Below are positions 34,168 through 44,969 of a stretch of 64,000 nt of DNA, piece by piece (within the stretch, counting starts at the first letter, position 1; each line of letters begins with the position of its first letter). The stretch lies in contig JBMNIH010000005.1 in the NCBI GenBank assembly GCA_050950825.1, positions 1 to 64,000 of the forward strand, in the 5' to 3' direction. The DNA is from Clostridia bacterium (GTDB taxonomy: Bacteria; Bacillota; Clostridia; JAAYHZ01). The position numbers and the translations under genes were made by a program. The notes below the pieces were generated by a model. It had not been told where the DNA came from. It searched no databases and saw nothing but the letters and a program-made list of their open reading frames with translations.

Positions 34168-36630
34168 TTACGGCTTAAATTTTCTCAACCTTAATGCATT
34201 GGTTACCACCGACACGGAACTGAATGCCATGGCGGCAGCGGCGATCATGGGATTTAACAACGGTCCGCCGAAAAGGTGCAAAAGCCCCGCCGCAATGGGT
34301 ATTCCTGCCGTGTTGTAGCCGAATGCCCAAAACAAATTTTGCTTTATATTCCTAATGGTTTTTCTGCTTAGCTTCATGGCTACGGCCACATCCGTCAAAT
34401 CGCTTTTCATCAGCACAATATCCGCCGATTCCATGGCCACGTCGGTACCGGAGCCGATGGCAATCCCGATATCCGCTTGGGCCAATGCCGGAGCATCGTT
34501 AATCCCGTCGCCTACCATGGCCGTTTTTTTGCCTTCCGCCCGGAGCTTCTTAATTTCATTGGCTTTGTCCTCCGGCAGCACCTCCGCCAACACGCGGTCG
34601 ATGCCGATCTGTTTTGCAACGGCTTGGGCGGTCCTTTTATTGTCCCCCGTAATCATTACCGTTTCAATGCCCAATGCATGAAGCTCCTCGACGGCTTTTT
34701 TACTGCTCGGCTTAACCGTATCGGCTACCGCAATGATTCCGGCAACCTTGCCGTCTACCGCCACAAACATGGGGGTTTTTCCTTCTTGTGCCAGCCGTTC
34801 CGCTTCCTCCTCCAGGAAAAGCTCCGTGTTACGGTCCGTCATAAGCTTCCGGTTGCCTAAAAGAACCTTTCTTCCTTGAACCGTTACTTGGATACCGTGT
34901 CCGGGTACGGCTTGGAAATCCTCCCCTTCCCGTAATGAAAGCCCTCTGTTTTCCGCCTCCCGTATGATGGCTTCTCCTAAAGGATGCTCGGATCCTCTTT
35001 CCGCGGAAGCGGAGATTTGAAGAAGCTCCGACTCGCTCATAATGCCGGAAGTCAGTATATCGGTTACCTTCGGCTCTCCCTCCGTTACGGTACCGGTTTT
35101 GTCCAAAACGACCGTATCCACTTTATGGGCCGTTTCCAAGGCCTCTCCGCCTTTGATCAAAATCCCGTATTCCGCTCCTTTTCCGGTTCCCACCATAATC
35201 GCGGTAGGCGTAGCCAGCCCCAAAGCACAGGGACATGCGATGACCAAAACGGATATGAAAATGGTCAAGGAAAATTCGGCGCTTTCTCCGGAAAGGTACC
35301 ATGCCAGGCCGGCAATTACGGCAATGGCCATGACGATGGGAACAAAGTATCCGGAGATAATATCCGCCAATTTGGCGATAGGCGCTTTGGAGCCTTGGGC
35401 TTCCTCCACCAGCTTGATGATTTTTGCCAAAGCCGTATCTTTTCCTACCTTGGTTACTCGAAACTTAATGGACCCGTTTTTGTTAATGCTTGCTCCTACC
35501 ACCGAATCCCCGGGATTTTTTTCCGTCGGGATGCTTTCCCCGGTTAACATGGATTCGTCTACCGATGTTCTTCCTTCCGTAATCACCCCGTCCACCGGAA
35601 TCCTCTCCCCGGGCTTTACAAGGACGATATCGCCGATTTCCAATTCCGCAGCCGGGATCACCGTCTCCTTGCCGTCTTTTAGGATGACGGCGGTTTTCGG
35701 TTGCAGCCCCATCAATGCTTTAATGGCTTCGGAGGTTTTTCCTTTCGAGATCATCTCCAAGTGTTTTCCTAACAGGATGAGGGTTATGATCACACCGGCC
35801 GTTTCAAAGTAAAGATGCCCCGCATACTCCGTATCCCCCTGCATAATGCGGATTACGGCATAAATCCCGTACAAAAACGCCGCTAAGGTTCCTACGGCGA
35901 TTAACGAGTCCATGTTAGGAGCTCCTTTAAACAATCTCGAAAACCCGGACGTATAGAATCGGTATCCTGCAATCATGGCGGGAATCACCAAGGCCAATTG
36001 AACCAAAGCAAAGTTCAAAGGATTGTCATGGGGGGATATGGCACGGGGAATCGGCAGCCCCGCCATATGACCCATGGCGATGACAAACAACGGTACGGTA
36101 AATACGGCGGCTACAATCAAACGCCTTCTTAAAGACTTTCTTTCTTTTTCTTTTTTTAAAGCTCTATCGTCCTCCGCACTCATGCCGTCTACGTCCAAAG
36201 CCTTGTAGCCCGCCTTGTTGATGGCATCCTTCAAATCCGATATTCGGATTTGCGCCGTATCGTATAAAACGAAGGCCTTCTCCGCCGCTAAGTTCACGCT
36301 TGCTTCTTTAACTCCCGGAAGCTTTTTTAATGCCCTTTCCACGGCTTGGCTGCAAGCGGCGCAGGTCATCCCTTCCACGGGGATATAGACCTCGCGAATC
36401 GATCCGTCCTTTTCTTCTTCCGCTTTGTAGCCTATCTTTTGTATCGCTTCTTTGATTCCATTCAAATCGATTTTTTCATCGTCGTATTCCACGGTAAGCT
36501 TTTCGGTAGCCAAATTGACGGATGCCTGTCGGATTCCCTCCGTTTTGTCCAATGCTTTTTCAATGGCCCGTGCACAGGCTGCACAGGTCATTCCCGTTAT
36601 ATTTAAATTCTTTTTTTCCATTCCCATCAC
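34168..36630 (-). CDS. copA: Cu(I)-translocating P1B-type ATPase
   Basis: Two GMTCAAC domains, CPC, DKTGT, SEHPL, GDGIND, YN and MAFSS. Confidence 0.96.
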   Translation of the reverse strand: MMGMEKKNLNITGMTCAACARAIEKALDKTEGIRQASVNLATEKLTVEYDDEKIDLNGIKEAIQKIGYKAEEEKDGSIREVYIPVEGMTCAACSQAVERALKKLPGVKEASVNLAAEKAFVLYDTAQIRISDLKDAINKAGYKALDVDGMSAEDDRALKKEKERKSLRRRLIVAAVFTVPLFVIAMGHMAGLPIPRAISPHDNPLNFALVQLALVIPAMIAGYRFYTSGFSRLFKGAPNMDSLIAVGTLAAFLYGIYAVIRIMQGDTEYAGHLYFETAGVIITLILLGKHLEMISKGKTSEAIKALMGLQPKTAVILKDGKETVIPAAELEIGDIVLVKPGERIPVDGVITEGRTSVDESMLTGESIPTEKNPGDSVVGASINKNGSIKFRVTKVGKDTALAKIIKLVEEAQGSKAPIAKLADIISGYFVPIVMAIAVIAGLAWYLSGESAEFSLTIFISVLVIACPCALGLATPTAIMVGTGKGAEYGILIKGGEALETAHKVDTVVLDKTGTVTEGEPKVTDILTSGIMSESELLQISASAERGSEHPLGEAIIREAENRGLSLREGEDFQAVPGHGIQVTVQGRKVLLGNRKLMTDRNTELFLEEEAERLAQEGKTPMFVAVDGKVAGIIAVADTVKPSSKKAVEELHALGIETVMITGDNKRTAQAVAKQIGIDRVLAEVLPEDKANEIKKLRAEGKKTAMVGDGINDAPALAQADIGIAIGSGTDVAMESADIVLMKSDLTDVAVAMKLSRKTIRNIKQNLFWAFGYNTAGIPIAAGLLHLFGGPLLNPMIAAAAMAFSSVSVVTNALRLRKFKP

Positions 36631-36647
36631 CGCCTGTCTTTCTCTTG

Positions 36648-36914
36648 TTATTTCAAATACTTATCCAATAAATAGATGATTTCATCGACCTTTTGTTCGC
36701 CTTCGCCTTGCTCAAAGGCTTCTTTTACACAGCCTTTAATATGGCGGTCGATAATTTTCAGATTGGCTTTTTTTAAAAGAGCCGAAACCGCCAGAATTTG
36801 CTTGGAAATGTCCACGCAATAACGGCCTTCCTCCACCATACGAATGACACCGTCCATTTGGCCTCGTGCCGTTTTTAGCAAATTCAAAATTTGTGTCGTT
36901 TCCTTGCTTTCCAT
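36648..36914 (-). CDS. csoR: CsoR copper-sensing repressor
   Basis: C...H...C ligands (YCVDI, HIKGC); first gene of the cop operon. Confidence 0.9.
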   Translation of the reverse strand: MESKETTQILNLLKTARGQMDGVIRMVEEGRYCVDISKQILAVSALLKKANLKIIDRHIKGCVKEAFEQGEGEQKVDEIIYLLDKYLK

Positions 36915-37000
36915 GTAAAATCTTTCCCTTCTCACGATCCTTCAAAAATTCTTTTATTCTATGTTTCCAATGATACGAAGTAAAATACCATTCTTCTTCC

Positions 37001-37028
37001 ATACCTACCCCATATGGGGAGGGGTTAT
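37001..37028. promoter_or_regulatory. CsoR operator
   Basis: ATACCTACCCCATATGGGGAGGGGTTAT, C-tract/G-tract pseudo-palindrome upstream of csoR. Confidence 0.75.
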
Positions 37029-37100
37029 ATTTTCATTATACACCCTTTTTTTGATTTGTAAAGCTTTTTTCATGAAAACAAAATCGAGAAATACAAGATA

Positions 37101-37124
37101 AAGGGGAGGCATGCTCCTCCCCTC
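37101..37124 (-). terminator. terminator downstream of the small-peptide pair
   Basis: AGGGGAGG/CCTCCCCT stem. Confidence 0.65.
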
Positions 37125-37149
37125 TTCGGTTCATATTTTATACGATATA

Positions 37150-37266
37150 TTAGTAGCGATTATCCGCGAACAGCAATAAGAATACTAATATAAAGAACAA
37201 TATAGCGCAATCGTCTTTGAAGATATTTCTTCTTACACCGCCAACCAAAGGATTGTTATCGGACAT
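37150..37266 (-). CDS. 38-aa hydrophobic small protein
   Basis: AAAGGAGG RBS; MSDNNPLVGGVRRNIFKDDCAILFFILVFLLLFADNRY; below the ORF-track size range. Confidence 0.8.
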   Translation of the reverse strand: MSDNNPLVGGVRRNIFKDDCAILFFILVFLLLFADNRY

Positions 37267-37305
37267 AATGGAACCTCCTTTCTCCGTATGGAATCGATTT
37301 TTTTC

Positions 37306-37392
37306 TTATCTGTAATCGTCTCTTGCGAACAACAAGAGGAACAAGATGATGAAAAACAAAATACCGCAATTGTCTTTAAAAATACCTCCCAT
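37306..37392 (-). CDS. 28-aa hydrophobic small protein, paralog of the 38-aa protein
   Basis: AAAGGGGGG RBS; MGGIFKDNCGILFFIILFLLLFARDDYR. Confidence 0.8.
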   Translation of the reverse strand: MGGIFKDNCGILFFIILFLLLFARDDYR

Positions 37393-37584
37393 TCCAACCC
37401 CCCCTTTATTCTTTGATAGTATATAATATTCTCATTATGTTAAGTTGTTCCTTAAATTTATGAAAACCTTTGTTCCGTACCGAACCGTGATTTTTTCTTG
37501 AAGAATTTGTGATTTTTTCAAAACAAATAAATCCGTGAAATTCACGGATGAAAAAAAGTTTGGATATAAAAAAAGAGCTGTCTT

Positions 37585-38676
37585 TTAAGACAACTCCAAT
37601 GCTTCTTTGATAAAGGATGGCCGGTATCCGTTTTCCACGCACCAGCGTATCGCCGTATCGAAGCGTTCGTAATAGTCCGGCATGTATTTTATATAATGGG
37701 GATAAAAATATTGCTCGTGGACGCAAAGCTCTTTGAAGGTATATAAAGGATGTTGTTTTTGGAATATCTCAAAATCCTTCGGAATATCCGACAGAGGGAT
37801 ATGCTGCATGGATGCACCGTATCGGACAAAGTATACGTCCTCTTGTTTGTCGTAGTAAAACCCGTATATGTTCAAAAGAGCGCACTGCTCCGCATTAAGA
37901 TAATAGCGGATGGATACGTTATCGGGGTCGTGATACCGAAAAGACCCTACAAACGCCTTTACTCCGCAGGATCGTAGGGCTCGTACCGTTTCAAGGGTGG
38001 CATCTCCCCAGTGAACGGTGGTGACCAAACGGGAAAAAGCTTCTTCTCCTGCAAAACGAATGATTTCATCGGCTACCCGCTCGTGCTCGAGCTTCACTTG
38101 GTCGAAGGTGCCTCGGATATAGGGGCGGTCGGGCAGATTGGCGTTTGCATGAAAAGAAAGCCTGAGCCAATCGGAATGGTATGCCCACTCGGACTTGAAT
38201 TTGTCCGGCATTTGGGTAAGATTGAAGCCTCCGAACTCCGGACACTCGTAATAGATATTCAAGTGAAATTTGGTACCGTATTTGTCGTGCATGGTTTTGA
38301 TAAGGTTCAAATACGGATCTTCAAATAGGGATTTGTAGTCCCTTTGTCGCTTTGCAAGGTTTTGAAAGCACCAAATGTTATCATCCAAAGAGAAACGATA
38401 CTTTTTATGGGCATTTTTTAGGTAAAAGACCTCGATAAAGGTTTCTTCTTTGCTATCTTCGTCCCTTGCAACAAGTCGGGTTTTGTACCCCTTCAAAAGG
38501 ACATCCGCCGTATATTGGCTAGTATTATAGGCGCAGGGAACACCGTTTATTGTTATACGCCTTCCTTGCGCAGCGTTTACAATACACCGTATCTTAAGTC
38601 CTTCCTCGGTCTTTTTACCGGCCGCATCCGTTAACATCACGCCGTCAACGGGAAATGCAAAAGAAATATCCGTCAT
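37585..38676 (-). CDS. hypothetical protein, NodB/deacetylase-like barrel
   Basis: RFSLDD, SFHA, CVHEQY; no signal peptide. Confidence 0.55.
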   Translation of the reverse strand: MTDISFAFPVDGVMLTDAAGKKTEEGLKIRCIVNAAQGRRITINGVPCAYNTSQYTADVLLKGYKTRLVARDEDSKEETFIEVFYLKNAHKKYRFSLDDNIWCFQNLAKRQRDYKSLFEDPYLNLIKTMHDKYGTKFHLNIYYECPEFGGFNLTQMPDKFKSEWAYHSDWLRLSFHANANLPDRPYIRGTFDQVKLEHERVADEIIRFAGEEAFSRLVTTVHWGDATLETVRALRSCGVKAFVGSFRYHDPDNVSIRYYLNAEQCALLNIYGFYYDKQEDVYFVRYGASMQHIPLSDIPKDFEIFQKQHPLYTFKELCVHEQYFYPHYIKYMPDYYERFDTAIRWCVENGYRPSFIKEALELS

Positions 38677-38700
38677 ACGAAATACCCCCTTTATGTTTCG

Positions 38701-39381
38701 CTATAGAACCGTTTTCACAAAATCTCCTGCCGTAATGCTATCGTAAGTTACCATACAGTCCATCGCCAAGACGGCAACTCCCGCATCAAAAGCCGCCTTA
38801 AGTTCATCGGCGAAGGCTTTATGGGTCTTTCTATTCGGCGTGAAATAGGAAACATCCTTCATTTGTATGAGAAAAACCATCAGGGGCGAAAAGCCTTCCT
38901 TCATACTTGCCGCAAGCTCCTTGATATGCTTGACCCCTCTTTCGGTAGGCGCATCCGGAAACAGCACCACATCGTTTTCTTCTAACGTCACGCCCTTTAC
39001 TTCCGTTAAAATCTTTTGCTTTTTCGTTTCTATGAGAAAATCAAAGCGGGAGCTTTTGTACGTAAATTCCCTTTTAATGCTTGTAATCTCCCGCTCTTCT
39101 TTATGCTCCATAAGCCATTCATAAAAAACGGTATTCGGCGCTTGGCTGTCGATATTCACCAACCGATTGCCCTTTACAACCGTGATTAGATCGTAAGAGG
39201 TCTTTCGGGTTTCTTTCATTACTTCCTGCACGTAAATTTCGGCGTTTTTCACCAAAAGCTCCTTGCATCGTCCGGTGTTCTTTACATGGCATACGGAAGG
39301 CTTTCCGTCTACGATGATATTGGCAATAAAACGGTTCGGCCGATCGATAAAAACCGCCTTTTTTACGTTTTCATACTTCAT
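38701..39381 (-). CDS. sfsA: SfsA DNA/RNA nuclease-fold protein
   Basis: RPNRF, NTGRCKEL, SRFDF, EVKGVTL, FPDAPTERG. Confidence 0.95.
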   Translation of the reverse strand: MKYENVKKAVFIDRPNRFIANIIVDGKPSVCHVKNTGRCKELLVKNAEIYVQEVMKETRKTSYDLITVVKGNRLVNIDSQAPNTVFYEWLMEHKEEREITSIKREFTYKSSRFDFLIETKKQKILTEVKGVTLEENDVVLFPDAPTERGVKHIKELAASMKEGFSPLMVFLIQMKDVSYFTPNRKTHKAFADELKAAFDAGVAVLAMDCMVTYDSITAGDFVKTVL

Positions 39382-40364
39382 ATGCTATCCTTACGGACCA
39401 AAAGAATTTCTTCTCGTCTCGCGCCTTTTGCTACTTTTACGAATCCGTCCGTTTCCTCTAAGTCCATGTAGCTCATCTTTTGAGGATTCTTCGCTTTGTT
39501 CGTCATGACGGAAGACTGCCCTTCAAAGCATAAATCAAACAAACACCCGACCATCATGGGATTTAAGGCGTAAGAGATGGATTTATAGGTATCCATGGCT
39601 TTTTTGCATCCTTCCATCCATCCCGTTTGCTCTTCTTTGTCCCATGCTTGGGGGTTTGCCGAAGGCTGTATTAAAATATCCGCTTTCTTTTCCGCCAAGG
39701 CTTGAACCACCGGTTCTTTAAAGCAATCCAGGCAGACGGCAATCCCGATATTTCCGAAGGGCGTCGGATACACTTTCAAATCTTCAATTTTCCCTACGCA
39801 CAGGTCAAAGCCTTCCCGGTCCTCCAAACCGGGTACCAAATGGGTTTTCTTTTGCGTTCCGATGAGTTCGCCTTGTTCGTTAAACAAGAAAGAAACGTTA
39901 TAAATGTTCCCGTCGGGTATTTTATACACCGTTTTCTTTATGTCCTTATTCCATTCAAAATCCGGCAGCAATACCGACCCTGCAACCAGAGTCACTCGAT
40001 ACTTTTTGGCCATTCGAGAAAACACATCCAAATACGTTTTGGCCGTTCTTTTCGCCGTGGCCAAAGCCAAAGCTCGAATCCAGCTGACTTTGTACCGTAG
40101 CTTGTAAGGCAGTACTTTCAGACCGTGTTTTTTAATCAGGATTTTAACGGCATCTTGTAATGTTTTTACATCCTTAACCGCTTCATAGGATCTCATAAAT
40201 ACCAAAGGAGTTCCTACGTCCTCCGGAAAAGCCACCAGGATATCTTCTTTCTCGCCCGCTTCCGATCGAATTTTCTTCATCAACGATTCGATTTTGCTTT
40301 CAAAAGCCTGAGGGCTTTTGTAGTCTTCTATATCCCAATGCATCTGAACAGCACAAAAATACAT
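39378..40364 (-). CDS. carbon-nitrogen hydrolase (nitrilase superfamily)
   Basis: E-K-C triad: FPED, KTHL, VCLD. Confidence 0.85.
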   Translation of the reverse strand: MYFCAVQMHWDIEDYKSPQAFESKIESLMKKIRSEAGEKEDILVAFPEDVGTPLVFMRSYEAVKDVKTLQDAVKILIKKHGLKVLPYKLRYKVSWIRALALATAKRTAKTYLDVFSRMAKKYRVTLVAGSVLLPDFEWNKDIKKTVYKIPDGNIYNVSFLFNEQGELIGTQKKTHLVPGLEDREGFDLCVGKIEDLKVYPTPFGNIGIAVCLDCFKEPVVQALAEKKADILIQPSANPQAWDKEEQTGWMEGCKKAMDTYKSISYALNPMMVGCLFDLCFEGQSSVMTNKAKNPQKMSYMDLEETDGFVKVAKGARREEILLVRKDSI

Positions 40365-40406
40365 GGCGATTCTTTCATCCCCCTTTAAATGTAAAACATT
40401 ACGCCC

Positions 40407-40436
40407 ATTATATCATGCCGTATTCGATTTTGTCAA
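40407..40436 (-). promoter_or_regulatory. sigmaA promoter
   Basis: TTGACA-N18-TATAAT with extended TG. Confidence 0.75.
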
Positions 40437-40455
40437 AAAAATAACAAAGCAAAAT

Positions 40456-41445
40456 TTAAAAATCTTCGTACAACGCCACGGTCAAAGCGGAGTAATCTCC
40501 TACCTTTTCTCCTAAGGCCGCAGGTACAACGGAGCATACGGAAGCGGACCTGTATAAGGTTTCTTCTTCGATCACCTTCTTTGCATAAGACCATAAAAGG
40601 TCTTTGCTTCGGGCAAATACGCCTCCGATCACAATCTTTTCCGGGTTCAACAAGTCGATTAAAATGGAAAGGCTTCTTCCTAAATATTCTCCGCTTATGC
40701 GGTAAACCTCCAAGGCCAATTCGTCTCCCTCGAAGGCCGCCATGGCCACGGATTTGGCGGTTATCTCGTCCAACCGATCAAGGCCTTCGCAAAAAGATAC
40801 CTTCTCCCCTTTTTGAAACCGTTCGAGAGCCATGCTTTGCGCCAATCGGGCAATGCCTCCGCCGCTGCAGAAGCCTTCCGCGGAGCCCGACTTTCCATAT
40901 CCGACGGGGCCGAATCTTTCCAAGCGTATATGCCCGATTTCCCCCGCCATGTTATTGGCCCCTGTGTACAAAGCGCCGTTTAGGATAAGCCCTGCACCGA
41001 AACCGGTGCCGAAGGTTAAAAACACCATGTTTTTGCAGCCCTTTCCCGCACCGAATTTCCATTCCGCCAAGGCGCAAGCATCCGCATCGTTAGAAAGCTT
41101 AGCCCTGATCCCCGTCTTTTCTTCGACCAACCGCACAACCGGAAACTCGTCCCATCCCGGCAAATTGGGAGGCGATAAAACCATTCCCTTTTTACCGTCC
41201 AAAGGACCGCCGCAGCTGATGCCTACCGATGCGATATTGTTTTCGCCGTATTTATCAATCAGCATTTTCATTTCACGGCAAGCTCGATCCACGGTTTCCT
41301 CAGGAGTTTTGCATTCGGCCGTGAGGAAAAAGACGCGATCGATGACATCAATGGCTTCACGTCCCGGTTCCAGGGTTCCTTTTCCGATGGATACGGCACA
41401 TTTGGTGCCGCCGATATCAAAACCTAAAATTGTTTTCATAGTCAT
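40456..41445 (-). CDS. ROK-family sugar kinase
   Basis: DIGGTK, NDA, GTGFGAG, GEIGH. Confidence 0.92.
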   Translation of the reverse strand: MTMKTILGFDIGGTKCAVSIGKGTLEPGREAIDVIDRVFFLTAECKTPEETVDRACREMKMLIDKYGENNIASVGISCGGPLDGKKGMVLSPPNLPGWDEFPVVRLVEEKTGIRAKLSNDADACALAEWKFGAGKGCKNMVFLTFGTGFGAGLILNGALYTGANNMAGEIGHIRLERFGPVGYGKSGSAEGFCSGGGIARLAQSMALERFQKGEKVSFCEGLDRLDEITAKSVAMAAFEGDELALEVYRISGEYLGRSLSILIDLLNPEKIVIGGVFARSKDLLWSYAKKVIEEETLYRSASVCSVVPAALGEKVGDYSALTVALYEDF

Positions 41446-41474
41446 ACCTAACCTAAATTTCGTTTTTTTCTATT

Positions 41475-42329
41475 TTAATATATGATTGCAGGTCCTTCGC
41501 CTTCAACCACATGGACCTTGACTCCTAATTCCTCCATCCACCCGCGCACAATAACCGTCTTATATTTTGCCGTATTGAAGCCTCTGCCAAGATCGTTGTC
41601 GTATAGCCACATGGGAGCAGACCAAAGGCATATTTCAGGCTGAACATATTCGTAAACGTTTTTATTGACACCGTTTTGGCCGTGATGGGCCATTTGAACG
41701 ATATCGCTTTTCAGCTTTTTCCCGTATCGTTCGGCCAACATGTCTCCGGCATAGGGACCAAGATCCCCTAAAAACAACGCCGTCTTTTCGTTCGGAAAGG
41801 CAATGCGAAACACAAGAGACGTATCGTTTACCGCATAACCGTTGTTTGTCGACGGGTCGATAAGGTTGCAAACCTTTGCAGGGTCATGGAGAAATTCGAT
41901 CTTCAAACCGGCAGGCTCGATAACATCGCCTTCACAGACAACGGTACAAATATCCGTATAAGTATGAAGAAGGTCAAATATTTTACCGGTTTGTACTTTG
42001 TAAACGGGCTCCGTTTGATTGATCCACTCTTGGGGCGGGAAATTATAGTATATCCTGTTAATTTTCACGCCGCCGGGATTATTCATGATCTCGATTAATG
42101 CAGCATAATGGTCGTCATGGCAGTGCGTAATAATCCACGCTTCCACTTCGCCGCCTCTTTTCATGATTTCATCGCGCAGATAATCCGCATCCCCGGTATT
42201 GCCCCCGTCAATCACAACAACCGGGCCGGAGGGCGGGTGAATGATATATGACATCATTTGAACAAGTGTCATATTCGGCGCTTGCAAAAGCCGGTAGCCC
42301 TGAAGTCCGAAGTTAATTTCTTTCATCAT
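41475..42329 (-). CDS. MBL-fold metallohydrolase (ComEC/Rec2-like domain)
   Basis: THCHDDH, NDTS, GD, AHHG. Confidence 0.85.
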   Translation of the reverse strand: MMKEINFGLQGYRLLQAPNMTLVQMMSYIIHPPSGPVVVIDGGNTGDADYLRDEIMKRGGEVEAWIITHCHDDHYAALIEIMNNPGGVKINRIYYNFPPQEWINQTEPVYKVQTGKIFDLLHTYTDICTVVCEGDVIEPAGLKIEFLHDPAKVCNLIDPSTNNGYAVNDTSLVFRIAFPNEKTALFLGDLGPYAGDMLAERYGKKLKSDIVQMAHHGQNGVNKNVYEYVQPEICLWSAPMWLYDNDLGRGFNTAKYKTVIVRGWMEELGVKVHVVEGEGPAIIY

Positions 42330-42392
42330 AATGTATTCTCCTTTTTCACCATACCCAAAAAAAACCGATCTTAAAGATTTGAGTATATGATA

Positions 42393-44111
42393 TCAATAAC
42401 CGTTATTATTTTGTTTTAAAAGCTTTGAAAGCCTCGGGAGTATGTCTTTCCCTCTTTCCGTAGGCACTACCCTTCCTTTGCCGTCGCCGGCCAAAACATT
42501 CGCTGTTTCATATAAAGTCATGCGAGAGAATAATCCCGTATCTCGAAGAAATTCATACTCCGCCGGGAAATCCCAATAGGTATAGCGCTCAATCGTGAGC
42601 GGAACATCGTAGGACTTGGCCGTTTCCAGCATACGTAAGCATTGCGGATCCGACAACAGGAATTTTGGCGTGTTATAATACATCCTGAAGTTAATCTCGT
42701 CCGGTCGTATTTCTTTAAGCCAACGTTCCCACTGCCATTCCACATTCATCGGATATGCATAACGCCGATCAAGAGGAATCGGATTATGAAGCATTTCGAT
42801 ATTTAAAGTAAGAAAAATCTTTTTACCCTTCGCACGTATACGTTTTGCCGCTTCCATAAACAGCTCCGTATATGCATCACCGCGAATTTTGGCAATCTTA
42901 TCGAGCTCCATATTTTCCTCTTTGCAATATCCGTACCTTCGATAATATTCTTCTTTTATGCAGTCGTTATACCCGTATGCCAAAGGCTCGTCTACATGAA
43001 CCGAATGGCATTCGATTCGATTTCCCACAAGATCATACCCGTCGTCCATGGCATCTTCCAGGGTTTGAAGCCAATACTCGCGTACCGCCGGCTCGCACTC
43101 GCAAAGTGCGCCGTGGACATAGCGGTTTTTTCCCTTTGCGATGGCCAAAAATCCTTCGCTTCCTTTCGGGTCCAAGGTTATCGCTTGGTAAGCTCCGAAT
43201 CCGTCATCGAAATGAAAGCCTGCTTCAAGGAACGGACGGTTCAAGGGAGTAGGTCTTCTTGTGCCGCCCGGAGTGGCGCATATTTTGTTCCCTTGCAAGT
43301 CAAAGCATGCAATTGCATGAACCGGCGTATTGCGAAAAAGCCGTTTGTCGTCGCAATCACCTTCGCAGCGCACGCCTATGGCAACGAACGGATCGGCTAT
43401 TTCAAGATTACCCAATGTGAGCACTTGTATCGGCATTCCTTTTAATGTGAGAAGCTCCGTATCATAATCCGGAACCGTTTTTGATATCACAACGGTTTCT
43501 TGTGCAAGCTCTTCGGATACGGAAAAGTCGAAGGGCTTTGTATAGGGTTTATAATAGGAATTATCTTTTGACGTATAGATTGTAATATTTTCTTTCTTGA
43601 TTCTTGACGGTACATTGTTTTGCTTGTACAGCTTTATCGAACCGATAACCTTGTTCACCGCATCGGAATCGATATCCCATGAACGGCGTTTAATACGAAG
43701 CTCCGGATGCTTTTGCAGAAACGTTGAAGTGACAAGGAGCCGGCCGCCGAGATGAGGTATTCCCGAATTGATATTTTTATCCTTTGTATAGTACGGGGAA
43801 TATACGGTCCATATTCCTTGTTCTTGGGGGCGCATCACTACCGCCGCTTCCATTCCGTGACGTTTTGCCGCATCAACAAAAACTCGAGAGTAATTCGGCA
43901 TGTTTTTTGATGTTTGATTCTGCGTTATGTAGTTCGGTGCCTCATTATTGAAAATCCATCCGTATTCACGATTACCGTAGTATTGAACATAAATACGGTC
44001 GAATCCTACATCGGATAGCTGTGAAATCATGGATTCCACCATGTCCGGAGTATACTCGACACATGCATCATCGGGAAAATCTACGAGTGCGGATAGCTTC
44101 ATCGTGTTCAC
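42393..44111 (-). CDS. hypothetical protein, possible GH-like TIM barrel with large insertion
   Basis: 572-aa ORF; LVDFPDD, GFDRIY, VREYWL; no signal peptide. Confidence 0.55.
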   Translation of the reverse strand: MNTMKLSALVDFPDDACVEYTPDMVESMISQLSDVGFDRIYVQYYGNREYGWIFNNEAPNYITQNQTSKNMPNYSRVFVDAAKRHGMEAAVVMRPQEQGIWTVYSPYYTKDKNINSGIPHLGGRLLVTSTFLQKHPELRIKRRSWDIDSDAVNKVIGSIKLYKQNNVPSRIKKENITIYTSKDNSYYKPYTKPFDFSVSEELAQETVVISKTVPDYDTELLTLKGMPIQVLTLGNLEIADPFVAIGVRCEGDCDDKRLFRNTPVHAIACFDLQGNKICATPGGTRRPTPLNRPFLEAGFHFDDGFGAYQAITLDPKGSEGFLAIAKGKNRYVHGALCECEPAVREYWLQTLEDAMDDGYDLVGNRIECHSVHVDEPLAYGYNDCIKEEYYRRYGYCKEENMELDKIAKIRGDAYTELFMEAAKRIRAKGKKIFLTLNIEMLHNPIPLDRRYAYPMNVEWQWERWLKEIRPDEINFRMYYNTPKFLLSDPQCLRMLETAKSYDVPLTIERYTYWDFPAEYEFLRDTGLFSRMTLYETANVLAGDGKGRVVPTERGKDILPRLSKLLKQNNNGY

Positions 44112-44156
44112 TTCCTTATACGTATTTGACCGTTCCGGAAAACTCTTCTTATGGCT

Positions 44157-44185
44157 AAATTAACGAATCCCGATACGCTTGTCAA
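44157..44185 (-). promoter_or_regulatory. sigmaA promoter
   Basis: TTGACA-N17-TAATTT. Confidence 0.55.
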
Positions 44186-44297
44186 TAATTACTTTTACGG
44201 AGCATGAGTTTGTTACGCACAACAGGGTACCTCCGGATACGGAGCCTTTGAATATGTGATAAGAATAAGTGAAAAATAACGCGAATACGGAAAGGAA

Positions 44298-44825
44298 GTG
44301 TTGTATGATTATGGAAAGAATCTTGCAGACAAGATTGCAGGAGAAGCCGGATCAATTAAAGAACTATCCGAATACGGAACCCATACGCTCGGACTCTGCA
44401 GTGCACTCGATCTTGGTCCTCGAAATTTAAGTCGTGATAAAGAAAATCCCGAGCTCCCTATTTCCGACACATTTGCCGTTGTGAATATGAATCTTTCTCC
44501 GGGTGTAAGAGAAATGCATACTCACCGGCAATCGGAGTGGGGATTCGTTCCGGTAGGAGCAAGCGGCTTCCATTATGTACAAAACATCAGCGATGAACCT
44601 CTGCAGTTTCTTGAGGTCTTTAACAGCGAGCATTTTGTCGATATATCCGTATTAAATCTTCCGGATAGTTTCTTTGATTCTGTCCGCAAAGGAAGCAATC
44701 CTGTAGTGAAATACAGAAACTTTGAATTTCCGTATGCACAAAACACACCGCAGAACGTCTGCTACTTTAAAGACTTTAAATTCAAAGCACCTGCGGATCC
44801 GGACGACAAAAACTATTCTGTCTGA
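44298..44825 (+). pseudogene. internally deleted oxalate decarboxylase (OxdC/OxdD bicupin) remnant
   Basis: Blocks GPRN..RD.ENP / ELPIS..VNMNL.PG.REMHTH..EW / GFVP...HYVQN..DEPL.FLEVF / ...PVVK abut without the intervening segments. Confidence 0.75.
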
Positions 44826-44969
44826 ACCGTCGCCCGCTATAGAATCTATTGAGAATAATTATAAATAGCTATACACCTCAAAACGAAAGATGCCGTTCTA
44901 TGTTAGGAGGTGCTTTTTTGATAAATGGAAGTATTCGAATTGACCGTTCGCGATCCCTGACATCTACAA

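Noticed and set aside
34984-35812. 187-aa and 256-aa ORFs opposite copA
   Set aside because: Typical antisense frames of P-type ATPase genes
37406-37726. 106-aa minus ORF
   Set aside because: Overlaps the real gene end and AT-rich promoter DNA; no RBS
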